Assembly: GCF_035594765.1 (NCBI RefSeq)
Contig: NC_085841.1
Location: forward strand, 302,569,402 to 302,633,401
Source of the DNA: Anolis carolinensis
Lineage: Eukaryota
Reading direction: 5' to 3'
Length of the DNA: 64,000 bases
Shown: positions 37,780 to 51,530 of the stretch, piece by piece
How positions within the stretch are numbered: position 1 is the stretch's first letter
Layout of the letters: the number at the start of each line of letters is the position of its first letter
Made by a program: the position numbers and the translations under genes
Notes under the pieces: model-generated
Databases searched by the model: none
The model's input: only the letters and a program-made list of their open reading frames with translations
Told to the model about the DNA's origin: nothing

Positions 37780-38043
37780 AAAGAGGCACTGGGAAATGAG
37801 GGGAGCATTTCAGGGGAGCGGGGAGCTGCCGCAGGGCCTCCTTGCTGCTGCCAGCCCTCCACAGAAGCCTCCCTGGCTTTCCAAAGGCAGGGGCAGCATA
37901 AATCCCTTTGGCAGGTTTTTGTGCTTTTCCTGGTTTCCACATGGTTGCTCTAGAAATTGGGGAGAGGGCCGGGGCAGAGGGGCTGTTTTGTAAAAGGAGG
38001 TCTCAATCCTGTTCATTTTCCTGCCATTGCCTGGAGGCCCCGG
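37780..38043 (+). promoter_or_regulatory. MDK: Candidate MDK proximal promoter / non-coding first exon
   Basis: GC-rich patch, TATA-like CATAAA (~37897) or GTAAAA (~37990), donor CGG|GTAAGG at 38043/38044. The first coding exon opens with an acceptor, so an upstream exon is required. Confidence 0.45.
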
Positions 38044-38472
38044 GTAAGGTTGCGTGTGAGTAGCGGCACTTTTGTTTGGGACCCGTGGGCCGAGAGGCAT
38101 TGTGAAAGGACTGGCCCATTGACTAGCACCACTGTGGGAATGGAGTGCCTTGTGTGGAAGTGCAAGAGGCCTTGTGAGAGGTTGCCAAGTGGCAAAACAT
38201 ACCCAAAGGGAAACACAACAGAAAAAGAAGGGGGGAAAACGAGCATCCAGCAGGGGCCGAACACATTGATAGTAGTTATGGCTAATCCCAGTGGTTTTCA
38301 CATAGCTCTTCCTCGGTGGGATATTATATCTTCTTTAATGGCTTTCCTGAAATGAGTCACTGTTATAGATGCCAGCAAACTACCAAGTCCTTTTGAGAGA
38401 GTTGTTGAAAAAGCTCTCATTAGATACAGTTCTCTAATGAAGAGCTCTTTGCTCAAGACATGATGGATTTAA

Positions 38473-38807
38473 AAGTAAAGGTAAAGGTTTCCCCTGACGT
38501 TAAGTCCAGTCATGTCTGACTCTGGGGGTTGGTGCTCATCTCCATTTCTAAGCCGAAGAGCTGACGTTGTCCGTAGACACCTCTAAGGTCATGTGGCCGG
38601 CATGACTGCATGGAGCACCGTTACCTTCCCGCCGGAGCGGTACCTATTGATCTACTCACATTGGCATGTTTTCGAACTGATAGGTTGGCAGGAGCTGGAG
38701 CTAACAGCGGGTGCTCACGCTGCTCCCGGGATTTGAACCTGGGACCTTTCGGTCTGCAAGTTCAGCAGCTCAGCGCTTTAACGCACTTTGCCACCGGGGC
38801 TCCTACG
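38473..38807 (-). mobile_element. Sauria SINE, full length
   Basis: Minus strand: tRNA-like head GGAGCCCCGGTGGC..GGTTCAAATCCC, tail ending (ACCTTT)n; 9-bp TSD TGGATTTAA (38464-38472, 38808-38816). Confidence 0.9.
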
Positions 38808-39961
38808 TGGATTTAATGTAGTGGATTTTATTCCCATGTGTACTGGGAATAAACTGGGAGGGGAGCTTAAAAGAAGGAACTTGGAAAGGGTTTTGGACAG
38901 CTGTGAGGTAAAGGAGTGGTAAAGTCTGCAAAGTATTGTAGAAGTTGTAGAATAATTATAATTGTGGAGTATAGATATGCTACCATTTATGAGACACCAT
39001 GGCTCCTTATTTCCACGGGTTTCCTTGCATTATAGTTTTGGAGTGGTGCCATGTTCATATTGGATTATTAGGTTGATAGCAGCCCTCTTTACTCAAACCA
39101 GCCAGGAAGCCCATCGGACCAACATGTCTGTGTGGAAATTTCCCGTTTCCTTTTTTTTTTTTTTTCGTTGCAGCCTCCTTTGGGACCATACTACCACCAC
39201 AGCTGAAAGTGTTCTTCAAAATAAGAATTGTGCTTCTCCTTAAAAGCATGACCTGTGGTCTTGCTTTATTAAAAATGTGCTTTTAGGAGTAAAACTTCAG
39301 TCTGGATGTAAATCTGTAGTTCTGATTTTAAGCTGCAGGGAGAATTCACACATTTTTTTTTTGCAGGATTCCAGCCTGGAATGGAATGGGTCAAGACATG
39401 GGGAAATGACCACTCCTAAATTATGAGCTACTAACACTGTATTTTCTTGAAGGTCTAATTCTTTCCTGCCTTGATACAGTATCCCAAGCCTCATTAGAAT
39501 ATAGAAAAATCTCTTATACTGAATCAAATCATTGATTTTTCTAGCCCAGTATTGTCAAAATTTGACAATAAATACTTTTCCAAGGCTCCAGGTAAGATTT
39601 CTTTCCTAGGTCTACTTGGAGATCTCTGGTATTCCTTGGTAGACACCCATCCAAGCACTAACTAGGACTGACTCTGCTTATTTTTGAGATCAGAAAAGAT
39701 GAGGTCATCCTTGCTTTACCCTTTCCCATCTTTGAGCACGAATCCACATGTCTGTTGCTATAGTGAAAATGATGGTAAAGTTACACAACCCTGTATGTAA
39801 GGACTCTGTTTCTTCCTGGATACAGAAATGCTGCTACAGTGTATTCTAGTATCCAGCCCCAATTCGTTCTTGGCACCCAAACTTCAAAATAAAAATTCTC
39901 TTCTTAGGGCACCCTCTTTTGATATAGAGATTTGATACTTTTCTGTTTGTTTTTGTGTAGA

Positions 39962-40040
39962 ATGCAGGTCCGTGGGCTATTTCTCCTTTTGGTTCTGGTT
40001 CTTCTGGTTGCATTTTCAGAGGCTGGCAAGAATAAAAAAG
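39962..40040 (+). CDS. MDK: Midkine coding exon 1 (signal peptide)
   Basis: Acceptor TTTTGTGTAG|A-ATG; MQVRGLFLLLVLVLLVAFSEAGKNKK; donor AAG|GTATGT, phase 1. Confidence 0.93.
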
Positions 40041-40334
40041 GTATGTGGTAGACCTCTAGTCAAGCCCTCCTGAACACTGCTTTTCACAGACTCTTATCAC
40101 ATGAAGCAAATTAAGCATCCTAGGATGCTTTCAGTGCCTTCTGGCAAGGCCCTGTGAAGGAAGTGTCCTGACTGTGGTACAGGAGGCTTCCCTCAGAACA
40201 AGAGAGGCTTCCCGTATTCCGTAGAAAACTATGGGCCAAGCTATGGCAGCAGTGCTTCCTCACGTGGGATGGGGAAGCATCAGCTGCAGGCGAGGCAGGG
40301 CACGAGGTGCCGGGATTGCCCCGCTGCCCATAGA

Positions 40335-40530
40335 GTCCATAGAGTTGGAGCCATTTAGTCTAACCTCCTGCCATGCAGGAATACACAAGTAGAGCTCTCC
40401 TGAAAGTTGTCCATCCAACTTTTGTTTAAATATTTCCAAATATGGAGAACCCTCCAAGTCAGTCTATTCCACTATGTAGCAGCTCTTGCAGAAACAATCA
40501 TCTTCCTATAACCTTCCCATTCCTCCAGGC
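40335..40530 (-). mobile_element. CR1 LINE 3' fragment
   Basis: ORF 40260-40457 starts [19 protein letters not shown], a CR1 C-terminal motif; ends in CTCTATG repeats. Confidence 0.65.
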
Positions 40531-40649
40531 TGTGTCAAAGGAGAAAGTAAGGGATGCTCTTAATGCCTTGTGGAAAAATTATAGGAAATGGTGGGGATAT
40601 TTGTTAAGTTTTGTAATAACTGCCTGTAATAACTGCCTTTTCTCTTCAG

Positions 40650-40811
40650 ACAAGGTGAAGAAAAATGGCTCAGATTGTGAGGAATGGCGCTGGGGCCCCT
40701 GTGTCCCCAACAGCAAAGACTGTGGTGTTGGCTTCCGTGAGGGGACTTGTAATGAAGAGACCAAGAAACTGAAGTGCAAGATCCCCTGCAACTGGAAGAA
40801 GGAATTTGGAG
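40650..40811 (+). CDS. MDK: Midkine coding exon 2 (N-domain)
   Basis: TCTCTTCAG|; [54 protein letters not shown]; |GTGAGC; 162 nt, phase 1-1. Confidence 0.97.
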
Positions 40812-41419
40812 GTGAGCGCATTTGGTTTTGAGAGAAAATAATGAGGCTTTTCAGATAACCTATCAAGTTTAAAGGGGTAGCAGACTGTTTGAAAACATTT
40901 AGCTCTCATATAGTTATGTCTGTGCAATGTGCACTATTACTGAATTAATAACACCACCCTGAAGATACCTGGTCTCCTCTACCTTTAGAAGCTTAACAGG
41001 ATTAGACTTAGATGGAAGATCCAGGGATCTGGAGAGTCATTACGGTCTTGTCAGAGTCGACCGCACAGGGCTAGATTGTCAGTGGTCTGACTTAGAATAA
41101 AACAACTTTCTTTGTTGCTATGTTAACTTACTGGTAATGTCCTTGCACTATTTATAGTGCATTTGCACTGGTAATCTGCTCACTGCAGCACTTCCATGTT
41201 AAGAGCATATCCGGTGATCCTGAGGACAACTGGACTTTCTGTGGTTTTTGATAGCTGTCACCCCCCCCCCCCCCCGGGCTTTGGCTCAATGCTTTTTTTT
41301 GCTACACTGCCTGATAATAGCTCTCTGGAATGGACTCCTGTCAATTGCAGCAGCTGCTTCCTGATAAATGCAGATTGAGGGCTATGTAGCTCCTAAACTA
41401 GGAATTGTGAATATGTTAC

Positions 41420-41848
41420 ACTCATAATTGTATATCTTCTATTATACTTTCATAACTATGATACAAGATTCCAGCCATTGAAATATAATTATACTATTAA
41501 TAAAATTAAAAGCAGTTAAAAGAATGGAGATTAGAAACAAAGACAACAAATATAAACTCTTATTAATTGTCCTTTCCTCTGAGTAATCGGCCCCCAAATG
41601 CCTGCCAAAACAAATGTCTTTACCTGCTTCTGGAGGAATACCAAATATGATGCCAGTTTGAATTGTTCTTGAAAATAAACCCACAACACATGGGGAAGTT
41701 GTAACAAGAGAGTTGGCACCTTCTACTTTGTTTCCTCTGACTAGTAAACTGATTTACCAGACAGGAGGGTACTACATGAAGGTCATCCTGAGATCATGGA
41801 CTGTTTCAATATTTTTCAACAATAATCATGGTTGAATCCAGCAGTACA
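41420..41848 (-). mobile_element. Old L2 fragment
   Basis: Decayed L2 3' region on the minus strand (GCAGGTAAAGACATTTGTTTTGGCAGGCATTTG, AT-rich UTR). Confidence 0.45.
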
Positions 41849-41849
41849 G

Positions 41850-43756
41850 CTTGTGTCCGATCTTGTGGGATTCTTTCCGGCTTGTTCTTCCTGACGACGT
41901 GGGGGATTCTTGGGTGTGTGGGGGCGACCACTTGCGCTCTGGATCCTTGTCCTTCTTGGCTGGTTAAGCTGGCCAAAGATGGGTTGTTGGATTGGTTTGT
42001 GGCTATTATAAATGCCTCCTTGGGTCAGGGGTCAGTTCTATCCTGCTTTAAGCAAGCGGTAGTAAAACCATTACTAAAAAAGACCTCTTTAGACCCATCT
42101 GTATGTAACAACTACAGACCAATTTCCAACCTCCCATTTTTGGGCAAGGTTCTGGAGCGGGTGGTTGCCGCACAGCTCCAGGAGTTCCTCGATGACACTG
42201 ATTTTCTGGACCGCTCGCAGTCTGGCTTCAGGCCTGGGTACAGCACCGAGACGGCTTTGGTCGCCTTGGTGGATGACCTCCGCAGGTAGCTGGACAGGGG
42301 AAGTGTGACCCTGCTGGTTCTCTTGGACATCTCAGCGGCTTTCGATACCATCAACCATGGTATCCTTCTGGGGAGGCTTGCCGGGATGGGGCTCGGTGGC
42401 ATGGTTCTGCTGTGGCTCCAGTCCTTCCTGGAGGGTCGTTCCCAGATGGTGAAGCTGGGGGACACCTGCTCGGACCCCTGGCCTTTGACCTGTGGGGTCC
42501 CGCAAGGGTCTATCCTATCCCCCATGCTATTCAACATCTACATGAAACCGCTGGGAGAGGTCATCCGGAGTTTTGGAGGGCGTTGCCATCTCTATGCAGA
42601 TGACACGCTAATCCACTACTCGTTTCCATCTGAATCCAAGGAAGCCCCTCGGATGCTGAACCAGTGCCTGGCCGCTGGGGCGGACTGGATGAGGAGGAAC
42701 AAACTGAGGATCAATCCTGACAAGACAGAGGCCCTCCTGGTCAGTCGCTTGTCAGATCGGGGTATTGGGTGGCAACCTGTGCTGGATGGGGTTGCACTCC
42801 CCCTGAAATCACAGGTCCGCAGTTTGGGGGTCCTCCTGGATTCAGCGCTGACGCTTGAGGCGCAGGTGTCAGCGGTGGCCGGGAGGGCCTTCGCACAACT
42901 CAAGCTTGTGCGCCAACTGCGACCATACCTCGTGAAGTCTGACTTGACCACGGTGGTGCATGCCTTAGTTACCTCTAGACTGGACTACTGTAATGCGCTC
43001 TACGTGGGGCTTCCCTTGAAGATGGCCCGGAAACTACAATTGGTCCAGCGCTCGGCTGCCAGGTTAATTACGGGGGCAAGTTACAGGGAGAGATCTACTC
43101 CCCTGTTCAAGGAGCTCCACTGGCTGCCTTTTATTTTCCGGTCCCAATTCAAGGTGTATACCATCACATATAAAGCCCTAAATGGTTTGGGACCCACCTA
43201 CCTTCATGACCGTATCGCCTATCACAAGCCTACACGATCCTTTCGTTCATCAGGGGAAGCTTTCCTGTCCCCACTCCCGATTTCCCAGACCCGCCTTGTG
43301 GGAACAAGGGAGAGGGCCTTTTCTGCTGTGGCCCCCCGATTGTGGAATTCTCTGCCCGCTGAGATTAGGCAAGCCCCCACACTAGCAGCCTTCAAGAAAG
43401 ACTTGAAAACATGGCTCTTTCGCTGTGCTTTTGGAGAGTAACCATTTTATATTTCTTTTCCGTTGCTCCCTCTAATATCTATCCTCCAGAATACCCCACT
43501 CCCTTATGACCCTGTTGCTGTGGTTTTTATTTTTATGTCTTTCTTACCCCGAGTTTTAACTTAATGTTCATGTGGTCTCCCTTGTTTTCATTGTCTCCTT
43601 GTTTTATTTTGTAATGGATATTATTTATTGCATTGCTTATTGTATTGTGATGTGCTGTTCTTTTATATGCTGTTTACATTGTATTGTTTTGGGCATGGCC
43701 CCATGTAAGCCGCCCCGAGTCCCCGTTGGGGAGATGGTGGCGGGGTATAAATAAAG

Positions 43757-43803
<47 letters not shown>
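41850..43803 (+). mobile_element. Young L2 LINE, 5'-truncated, RT nearly intact, in an MDK intron
   Basis: ORFs 41828-42289 and 42305-43441 are one frame split by a TAG. Motifs NYRPISNLPFLGKVLE, QSGFR, LLDISAAFDTI, GVPQGSILSPMLF, YADD, SRLDYCN, LHWLP. 3' UTR and (TTA)n tail at 43763-43803. Confidence 0.95.
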
Positions 43804-43804
<1 letters not shown>

Positions 43805-44235
43805 AGAACATTATAAATTCCAGTTACTAATAACACATCATTTTGTAAAGAATTGGCTGATTTGGATGTTACCTGAAAGAGGCTTCTTGGCCATTTTCTT
43901 TGTCTCTTTCTCTCGGTTCCAGGATAATTCTGCTACTCTCACTTCTCGGTCACATTCCTATTTCTCTATTTATGTGTCTGTTTAATTAGAGTAACAGAAT
44001 TAGGTTGTAACTATCTAGAAAAGAAGCTTGGCAATTAGTGCAAATCTAACAGCTGCCTACAACTATTCCCTCATAGATACTTCCCAATGTTTGTTGTCAT
44101 ACTTGTTCAAATTATTACTGGGTTTTTTTTCACCTTTAGAATTTATTTATTTTTAAAACCTGAACAAGGAATTTGTATTATGTTACAGAATTGAACAGTC
44201 CTTCCACATACAATCTACTCCTATATTCTCTAGAT

Positions 44236-44512
44236 CAGGGGTCCCCAAACTTTTTAAGCCAAGGGCCAGTCCACAATCCTTCAGACTGTTGAGGGGCCGG
44301 ATTATCATTTGATTAAAAAAAAAAACGAATTCTGATGCACACTGCACATGTCTTATTTGTAGTGCAAAAACAACAACAACAACAACAAGAAAAATGAAAG
44401 AACAATACAATATTTAAAAATAAAAACAATTTTAACCAACATACATTGATCAGGATTTCAATGGGAAGTGTGGTCCTGCTTCTGGCCAATGAGATAGTCA
44501 AGTTAATTAGGG

Positions 44513-44558
<46 letters not shown>

Positions 44559-44994
44559 GTGCCTTCAAGTCATTTCAGACTTTGGGCGAGCCTAAGTCTA
44601 AAATTTATTTATTTATTATTTATTTATTTACTGCATTTATTTACTACATTTGTATCATACCCTTCTGACCCCAAAGGGGACTCAGAGTGGCTTAAAAATT
44701 ATATGTACATACAATATATTATATTATTAGCATAGCACAATATTAGCATTATCTATTACTATATTGAACTATACCACTATACTGTAATATTATTAGTAAT
44801 ATTATATGTAATATAGAACATATAATTATTATTATATGGTATTATTATTAGTGTTATATTGTATTACATTATAATATTATTATCAATATTATATGTATAT
44901 ACAATATATTATATTATAAAACTGAGGGCGGGGGCCAGGTCAATGGCCTTGGAGGGCCGCATCCGGCCCCCGGGCCTTAGTTTGGGGACCCCTG
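44236..44994. mobile_element. Non-autonomous hAT (Charlie/OC1-like) element carrying an AT-rich insert
   Basis: TIRs CAGGGGTCCCCAAACT / AGTTTGGGGACCCCTG; perfect 8-bp TSD CTCTAGAT; (GTT)n at 44512-44557. Confidence 0.92.
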
Positions 44995-45310
44995 CTCTAG
45001 ATGTTCATATTTCGGCAGTATAATTTAGGGTTGGGGACCAAGTGTTTAATTACTGGGAGTCAGAAATCTTGCCTGCAAATCCTGGCTGAACTACTTACTG
45101 ATCTACTTTGAGATTTTAAAACAGAAGCAGGTTTACATTTTGTCCACACCAAAATATCCAGAGCTGTAGAGGTTCCATGACAGACTACATTGGCATGATT
45201 AAAGGTTTAGTAAAAGTACAGTGAATATAGGACCTCAAGTGTACCACACGTAGGATGAACATTTGTTTCGAGCATCAAACTGATCTAATTGTTCGTAATC
45301 TCTCTCCTAG

Positions 45311-45472
45311 CTGATTGCAAGTACAAGTTTGAAAGCTGGGGTGGTTGCGATTCTGCAACCGGTCTAAAGGCCCGTTCAGGCACTCTGAAGAAGGCTCTGT
45401 ACAATGCGGAGTGCCAGGAAACTATTCAAGTGACTAAGCCCTGCTCTCCTAAGGCCAAGTCAAAATCCAAAG
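45311..45472 (+). CDS. MDK: Midkine coding exon 3 (C-domain)
   Basis: TCTCTCCTAG|; ADCKYKFESWGGCDSATGLKARSGTLKKALYNAECQETIQVTKPCSPKAKSKSK; |GTCAGT; 162 nt. Confidence 0.97.
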
Positions 45473-47037
45473 GTCAGTCCAAGCAACCATAAGCCCTTTA
45501 TTTCCAATGGGGGTTTTGACTTGCACTTGTTTTAGTGACAAATGTAACTGCACACATACAGGGACACAAACAGTAGGGATGGAAAAGGTTATGATGTATT
45601 CTGTTTGTTGTTGGTAGTATTTGTAAATTTTTCAGAATCTTTTCACTTGAGAACATTTTGACCCTTTTTGAGTCCTGCACTTTATCTGGATAATTCTAGC
45701 AAAACTGTGACCATGGACTACAACATTTGTTAAGACTTACAGAGTACAGTGTAATATTGGAGCCAAGAACACCTGTGATATTGTAGCTCATCTTATATGA
45801 ACTGGAAGAATCACAGGTTTATTCCAATTCACAGAAGAGGAGTCATAATACTGTGTAATTCTCTGACTTTGCCATGACAGAGCTTACTCTGCAAGATCAC
45901 TCAAGCGAGTAATTATTTGCACATGATTGATCCTCGTAGCACACATTCTGACTCCTAGCCAAATAAATGCCTATTTGTTTCTTTCAAATAAAACTTAAAA
46001 CTTCTGAGTTTGCCAAGAGATGAGGGCCCCTTCCTTCTCTGGCTTTCTGTCACTTTTAATGTGTGGGACTGTCTAGTAAAGGGAATGGATTCTTTTTTCA
46101 CAAGTTTGGCAATCCTAAGTTCTGGGTATGAGGGAAGTCTCCAAATAATTCTTGACTTGATTCAAGTCAAGAATTCCAGTCATTGGAATAATCTCCAAAC
46201 AATAATAGTGTCATACAGGGAAGAGGGGTGGCTTTACCCTTCCAGATATTAATGAGCTACTTCTCCCATTTCCCCCCACCATTTACTAGACTGGTAGCTC
46301 TAGGTTGCACATTTGAAGTCACAAATGTATAAACTAGAATTAAGGATACATAGCTGATTCATTCTGACAGTCCCTTCATATTCAGTAGTGCTGGGAATAT
46401 ATAGAAATTAACAAAGTCCCCGAGTTCTGATATAATGGGCAGCAGTCACTGTGAGCAACAGGAGTGTGTTCTCCAGTCAATCAGGGAGCAGCAGATTCAT
46501 ATTTCCACCCCCATCCCATGAATGCTCCAGTACATGGAGGGACTGCAACAGGGATCCTGCTTCTGACTGTTGCACTGGAGATTGCTTGCAGGAGAGAGCT
46601 GGGAACATCAATCTGCTGCATTCTGATCAATGAAACAGATCTCCAGCACTTACAGCTGCTGCTGCTGTCTCCTAGTAAGTCAGTATTGGAGGGAGATGTT
46701 GGAATGCCAGCTAATATCTTTATTCAAACACTGCAAAGTAGTAGGAGTTGCAGTCCAGTAAAGTTTGTCAGAAGCTTGAATCACACCCATTCACTTTCTT
46801 CATTTTACTTAGCTGCTAGGTCAGCAACCATCATTTTCTTTTAAAATTGAGAGCCATCAGATGGGTGGGTGAGGCTCTGCTTCCACAATTGTCAGGGTCT
46901 TGCTATAATATGCAAAGCTTACTGAATAAAAATTATAATGCTTTGTTTGTCTTGAATGCTAGACTAACACAGACCAAATCAAGTGAACTATATTATGTGT
47001 CACCCTAATGCTTTTCTATCTTTCATGTTTCAAACAG

Positions 47038-47063
47038 CCAGAAAAGGAAAGGGGAAGGACTAG
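47038..47063 (+). CDS. MDK: Midkine last coding exon
   Basis: TTTCAAACAG|; ARKGKGKD*, the typical midkine basic tail. Total CDS 429 nt = 142 aa. Confidence 0.93.
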
Positions 47064-48138
47064 AAGGACGGATACAGCCCCGCCATCTTCAGGGCATGGT
47101 GCTTGAACCCACTTGGACACACACCACTTGGAGCTGCAGCGTGGCCCCTCCCAGCTCGGCAATGTTCTGCCAAATCCCACTATTCTTCTGCCTCCACAAC
47201 TTTGCCCTTAACTGAGATACCATTTCTAATCACTAGTTTTGTAGAGAAGCAACCCCACCCTCTTTTGATGAAGGTGCTATTGGCCTTCCCTTTGCCTTCT
47301 CCACTATCTCTGAATCTGCCACCCCCAACCCATGCATTTGCATCCTAGTGTTCTTTGCTCTGGTTCATTTCCCAATATTCAGTCTGATATGTTTTGATAT
47401 GGGGGTAGGTTGGGCTGAGTTGTGGCTTGCACTATTCACCTTAGAAATCCCTTGTCAGAGCCAGATGGCCTTCTGGTACATCTCCAGACAATTTCCTGTT
47501 GACCTAAGAAAAACTCTCAATTAAAACAGCCAAGGAAAACTAGCTAATTTGGAGGAAAGGAATAAGATGGGCAAGAGTTGTGATGAAAACAGTGGGTGAG
47601 GATCCCCACCTTGCCCTCCTAAATAAGGGAGCAGGGTGTTAACTTCTTTGGTGTTGTTTCTGCCCCTCATAGGCTTACAAGGGACCTAGGTTTCAATCCC
47701 GTGTTCCTTCACTTGGAAGTAAGTGCCACTGAACTCAGAGAGGTTTCCTTCTGAGTAGACACTCTTAGGATTGCACCGAAAATCTGTACCACCTTCCCAT
47801 AATGTGTGTGAGTGTGTTTGCTAATGCATTTTTCTCCTCGCCAGCATTCTTCCATACAAGCTGGTTCATAAGCAGACTCTCCATGCGGAGAAGTGTGTCT
47901 GTGTGTGTTTGTGGCTCAGATCTCCATGTTTACTTGGACTTTTGCCAATAAGCCATGCCTCACATCTTCAGCATTCAAGAAAGAACCTTCCCAGAGTTAA
48001 ATGAGCATTGTTTCTTTTTCAGTCATTATGTCCTCATTCCTCCTTGTCTATATTCTTGCTGGGATACTGTGGCTTTTCCATCCTTTTCCGGTGCTGGGTA
48101 AGCCCTTTCCCTGCTTTTTACAATTTCCCCTTTTTTCC

Positions 48139-48144
48139 AATAAA
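48139..48144 (+). terminator. MDK: Probable MDK poly(A) signal AATAAA (3' UTR ~47064-48165)
   Basis: Canonical hexamer followed by a GTCGTCTTTTTTT downstream element. Confidence 0.7.
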
Positions 48145-49081
48145 AATCTTTTTACAAAAACAGTCGTCTTTTTTTGAGTCCTATTTTAGTGCCTCGGGTT
48201 ATATATCCATGAACTAGAACAGGGCTAGCTGGGTCAGAGCCAGAGCCTGGAAAAGTCACTTTGTTGAATTTCAATTTCCAACATCCTCCAGCCAGCACTG
48301 GTCAATGATGGCTGGAAGATCGTGAGAGTTGTAGTCTGATAGACTTAACTTTTCCAAGTTTTGGTAGCGTGATTAGTGAGGAAGCTTCAGATCTAGTAGC
48401 TACTGGGTGGAGAACAGGAACCTAAGAGTCACAGTGAGGTGCCACTAAAGGAATATCACCACTTCAAGCTTGACAACACCCAGCAAGCCAAGAACAATCT
48501 GACAGACTCTGACTAGAGGGTTAGTGCAACGAGCTGGCTGTCCATTCAGATTTCCCTAGTGCATTTTTTTAGGACAACAGAGTGAGACACGCTTGACGCT
48601 GGGATATTAAAAACAACCGCTTCGGGCAAGGTGAAGCTAAATACAGGGTTTGTCTGCCAGAGAAAGCTAGACTGAAACAGTGTCAAGTCCCAGATACCTG
48701 TCAGCTTTTCAGAGCCACATTGTGTGTCAAGGAAAGTGTATCACAGAAAAGTTCTCTCTGAAGGCCTTGTATTTTACTAAGAGTAGGTCTGGGCAGCATG
48801 TGACCCTCCAAATATTTGGCTGCCAGGTCTAACAAGCATGGGCAGCAATGAGGAATGTTGGGAGCTGTAGTCCAGCAATATCTCGAGAGTCACCTATGAG
48901 TAACTTGTGGGCCCAATCATATAGATACTCAGTTAACCTAAAGTCCTGCACCAGCAAAGCTCCTGTTCAGCTCAGAGCAATTATGGAGGGCAATGCAGTA
49001 AACTAAAAAATTCATTTGCAGTCCACAGATCCACCAGCGGCCTCTGAAGTCAAGCACACTCAAAGTAAAGAAGCTCAGACT

Positions 49082-49212
49082 GGGTCTATACTGCCCTATA
49101 TCCCAGGATCTAATATTTGAGCTGGATTATATGAGTATCCACTGCCATATAATCTGGGATAAATGGATAATCTGGGATCAAATCCTGGGATAAAGGGGGG
49201 TGTAGAAGGGAC
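49082..49212. mobile_element. Short palindromic MITE
   Basis: Inverted ends TCTATACTGCCCTATATCCCAGGAT / ATCCTGGGATAAAGGGGGGTGTAGA. Confidence 0.6.
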
Positions 49213-49684
49213 TTCAGAAAAGAAACAGATTCAGATCAGTGCATTGTTGGAATCTCATAGAGCAAGCTTCTCTGAAAAATACTTGCAGTTCCTAACAGCA
49301 TAGGTCTGCCTACCAATCCCAAAGTGAGCTATCCAGATCCAATAGCATGCTTGCTCTCAAATGAGATGTTTCATGTCTTGGGAGAAGTCTGCTGCTTAAT
49401 CTTAACAGAGCCCAGTGTTAATAAATTATCTTACGTATTAGGTTTTGTCATCTCTGGGCACAGAAGGGGAAGAACCAAGTCTAAATGTTGAGTAAATGAG
49501 CACTAGGATATTTATCAGTTCATATATGTCATAGTGTCATTGAGAAATGTTATTGTGTCTAATTCAACAACTTGCCTATCCTCAGAATAATTTGGGAACT
49601 TTTAAGAAAGATTATTTAAATTCATTATTTTTCAGAGGGTTCCATGCTCCACCAAAACTATTTTAATTTTTTTTAATACACATA

Positions 49685-50007
49685 CAGTAGAGTCTCACTT
49701 ATCCAACATAAACGGGCTGGCAGAATGTTGGATAAGCGAATATGTTGGATAATAAGGAGGCATTAAGGAAAAGCCTATTAAACATCAAATTAGGTTATGA
49801 TTTTACAAATTAAGCACCTAAACATCATGTTATACAACAAATTTGACAGAAAAAGTAGTTCAATACACAGTAATGCTATGCAGTAATTACTATATTTATG
49901 AATTTAGCACCAAAATATCACAATGTATTGAAAACATTGACTACAAAAATGCGTTGGATAATCCAGAATGTTGGATATGCGAGTGTTGGATAAGTGAGAC
50001 TCTTCTG
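49685..50007. mobile_element. Tc1/mariner (Tigger/pogo-like) MITE
   Basis: TIRs CAGTAGAGTCTCACTTATCCAACA / TGTTGGATAAGTGAGACTCTTCTG, TA TSD. Confidence 0.9.
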
Positions 50008-51530
50008 TATCAGTAAAATAACTTCTTAGGGAAAAATCCCTTCCATTTCTCCTGGCTTCCTATAAGATCTATTTACTGTCCCTTAGACACACCTACCTTG
50101 TTATGTTTGTTTTTAGTAGTTGCTGCTTGATTCCCCATACTATGTCAAACAAAGAAGACAATAGTTGGAACTAACTGTACTGTAAACCTTGTTAATCCCA
50201 CAATGGTGTTTGGTGTAGCATAATCCAGATCTTCCACCTCAAAGAAAGATGTGATGAGAACGCCACTAACATTTTACCAGCTGCTCCCTGCATTCCTTCA
50301 GCTTATTTCTGACCTAAGATGCTTCACATCGTTATGTCACTCAAAACAGAGCAAGGACAGTTGGCAAAGATTTAATGAGGCTTTTCCTACTTTCTGATTT
50401 AATGGGTTTTCTTTCTTTAAAAAAAACATTTCTAAAATATATCAATTATTCTGACTTCTTTTCTGCAGAGGCCAATGCATATAAATTCAAACAACCAATT
50501 AAATAAAAAGAACTTTAAAAGCAATTAAATAAAATGAGGCCTTTTGTGTGAAGTGAACAGAACAAATGGAAACAGGTCCCCCTCTCTCTTTGCTGTCTGT
50601 AGGTTCTTTTCTGGAAAAGAAAAGGAGAAAAGCATAATTGGGACACAAAGACCCAAATCTCACTGCTAACTCTAACTAAGGGCACCTCATGAAATCTAGC
50701 GGTTATATCTATATGTTGACTCGGTATTCAATAACTGATTTAGTGGATCTACTCTAAGTGGGGTGACCAATAGGATCCAAGACAAAACCATATTGAATGG
50801 TGATTAATTGGCAACACGAAGGAAACTGTACAAATGAGTGTGATTGCACATTTGCCATTTTATTTTAGACAAAATATCTTGATTCCCCATATAATTAGGT
50901 CTTTTCTCCAGGGATTTCCAACCTGTTGATGTCCCAAATTGGACATCAACTCCCATCACTCGCACCCAATATGGCTATTGGGCAGCAAGCATATCTGGAA
51001 AGCACAAAATTGGAGAGAACAGCTACAAAGTGAGGAAGCCACTTCAAGACAACTGCCAATCAGTTGTCATTAAATGATAGCAAATAGTCATATACTCTTA
51101 CTGCATTTTTTACTGTCATGGATGAGGAATGGTGCTTGTGGGATTTGCTGCTTCTTTTGCCTGAATAACTTGACTGGCTTTGAATATGATGCACTTTGGG
51201 GCAGCAAAATGTCTGGGTGCCCCTTGAATCCCATGTTCCTGAAACAGCCACTGGGGTCTAGTGGTGCTGGAATATAACTCTGGAAACCAAGGTTAAATTC
51301 CCCACTCAGCCATGGAAACCCACTGAATGTCCTTGGGTGAGTCACACATCCAGCTCCAAAAATCCCTGTGATATTACCATTAATTGGAAATTACTTGAAG
51401 TCACCAACAACAAGTCTGCTACAGCATAAAAAGAGACTGTGATGCAACTATGTTCCCAGCCATAAACACTCAAAGAGTTGTATAAGATGACACAGGACTG
51501 TTAAGCTTCTGATCTTGTTATTCCTGAAGT

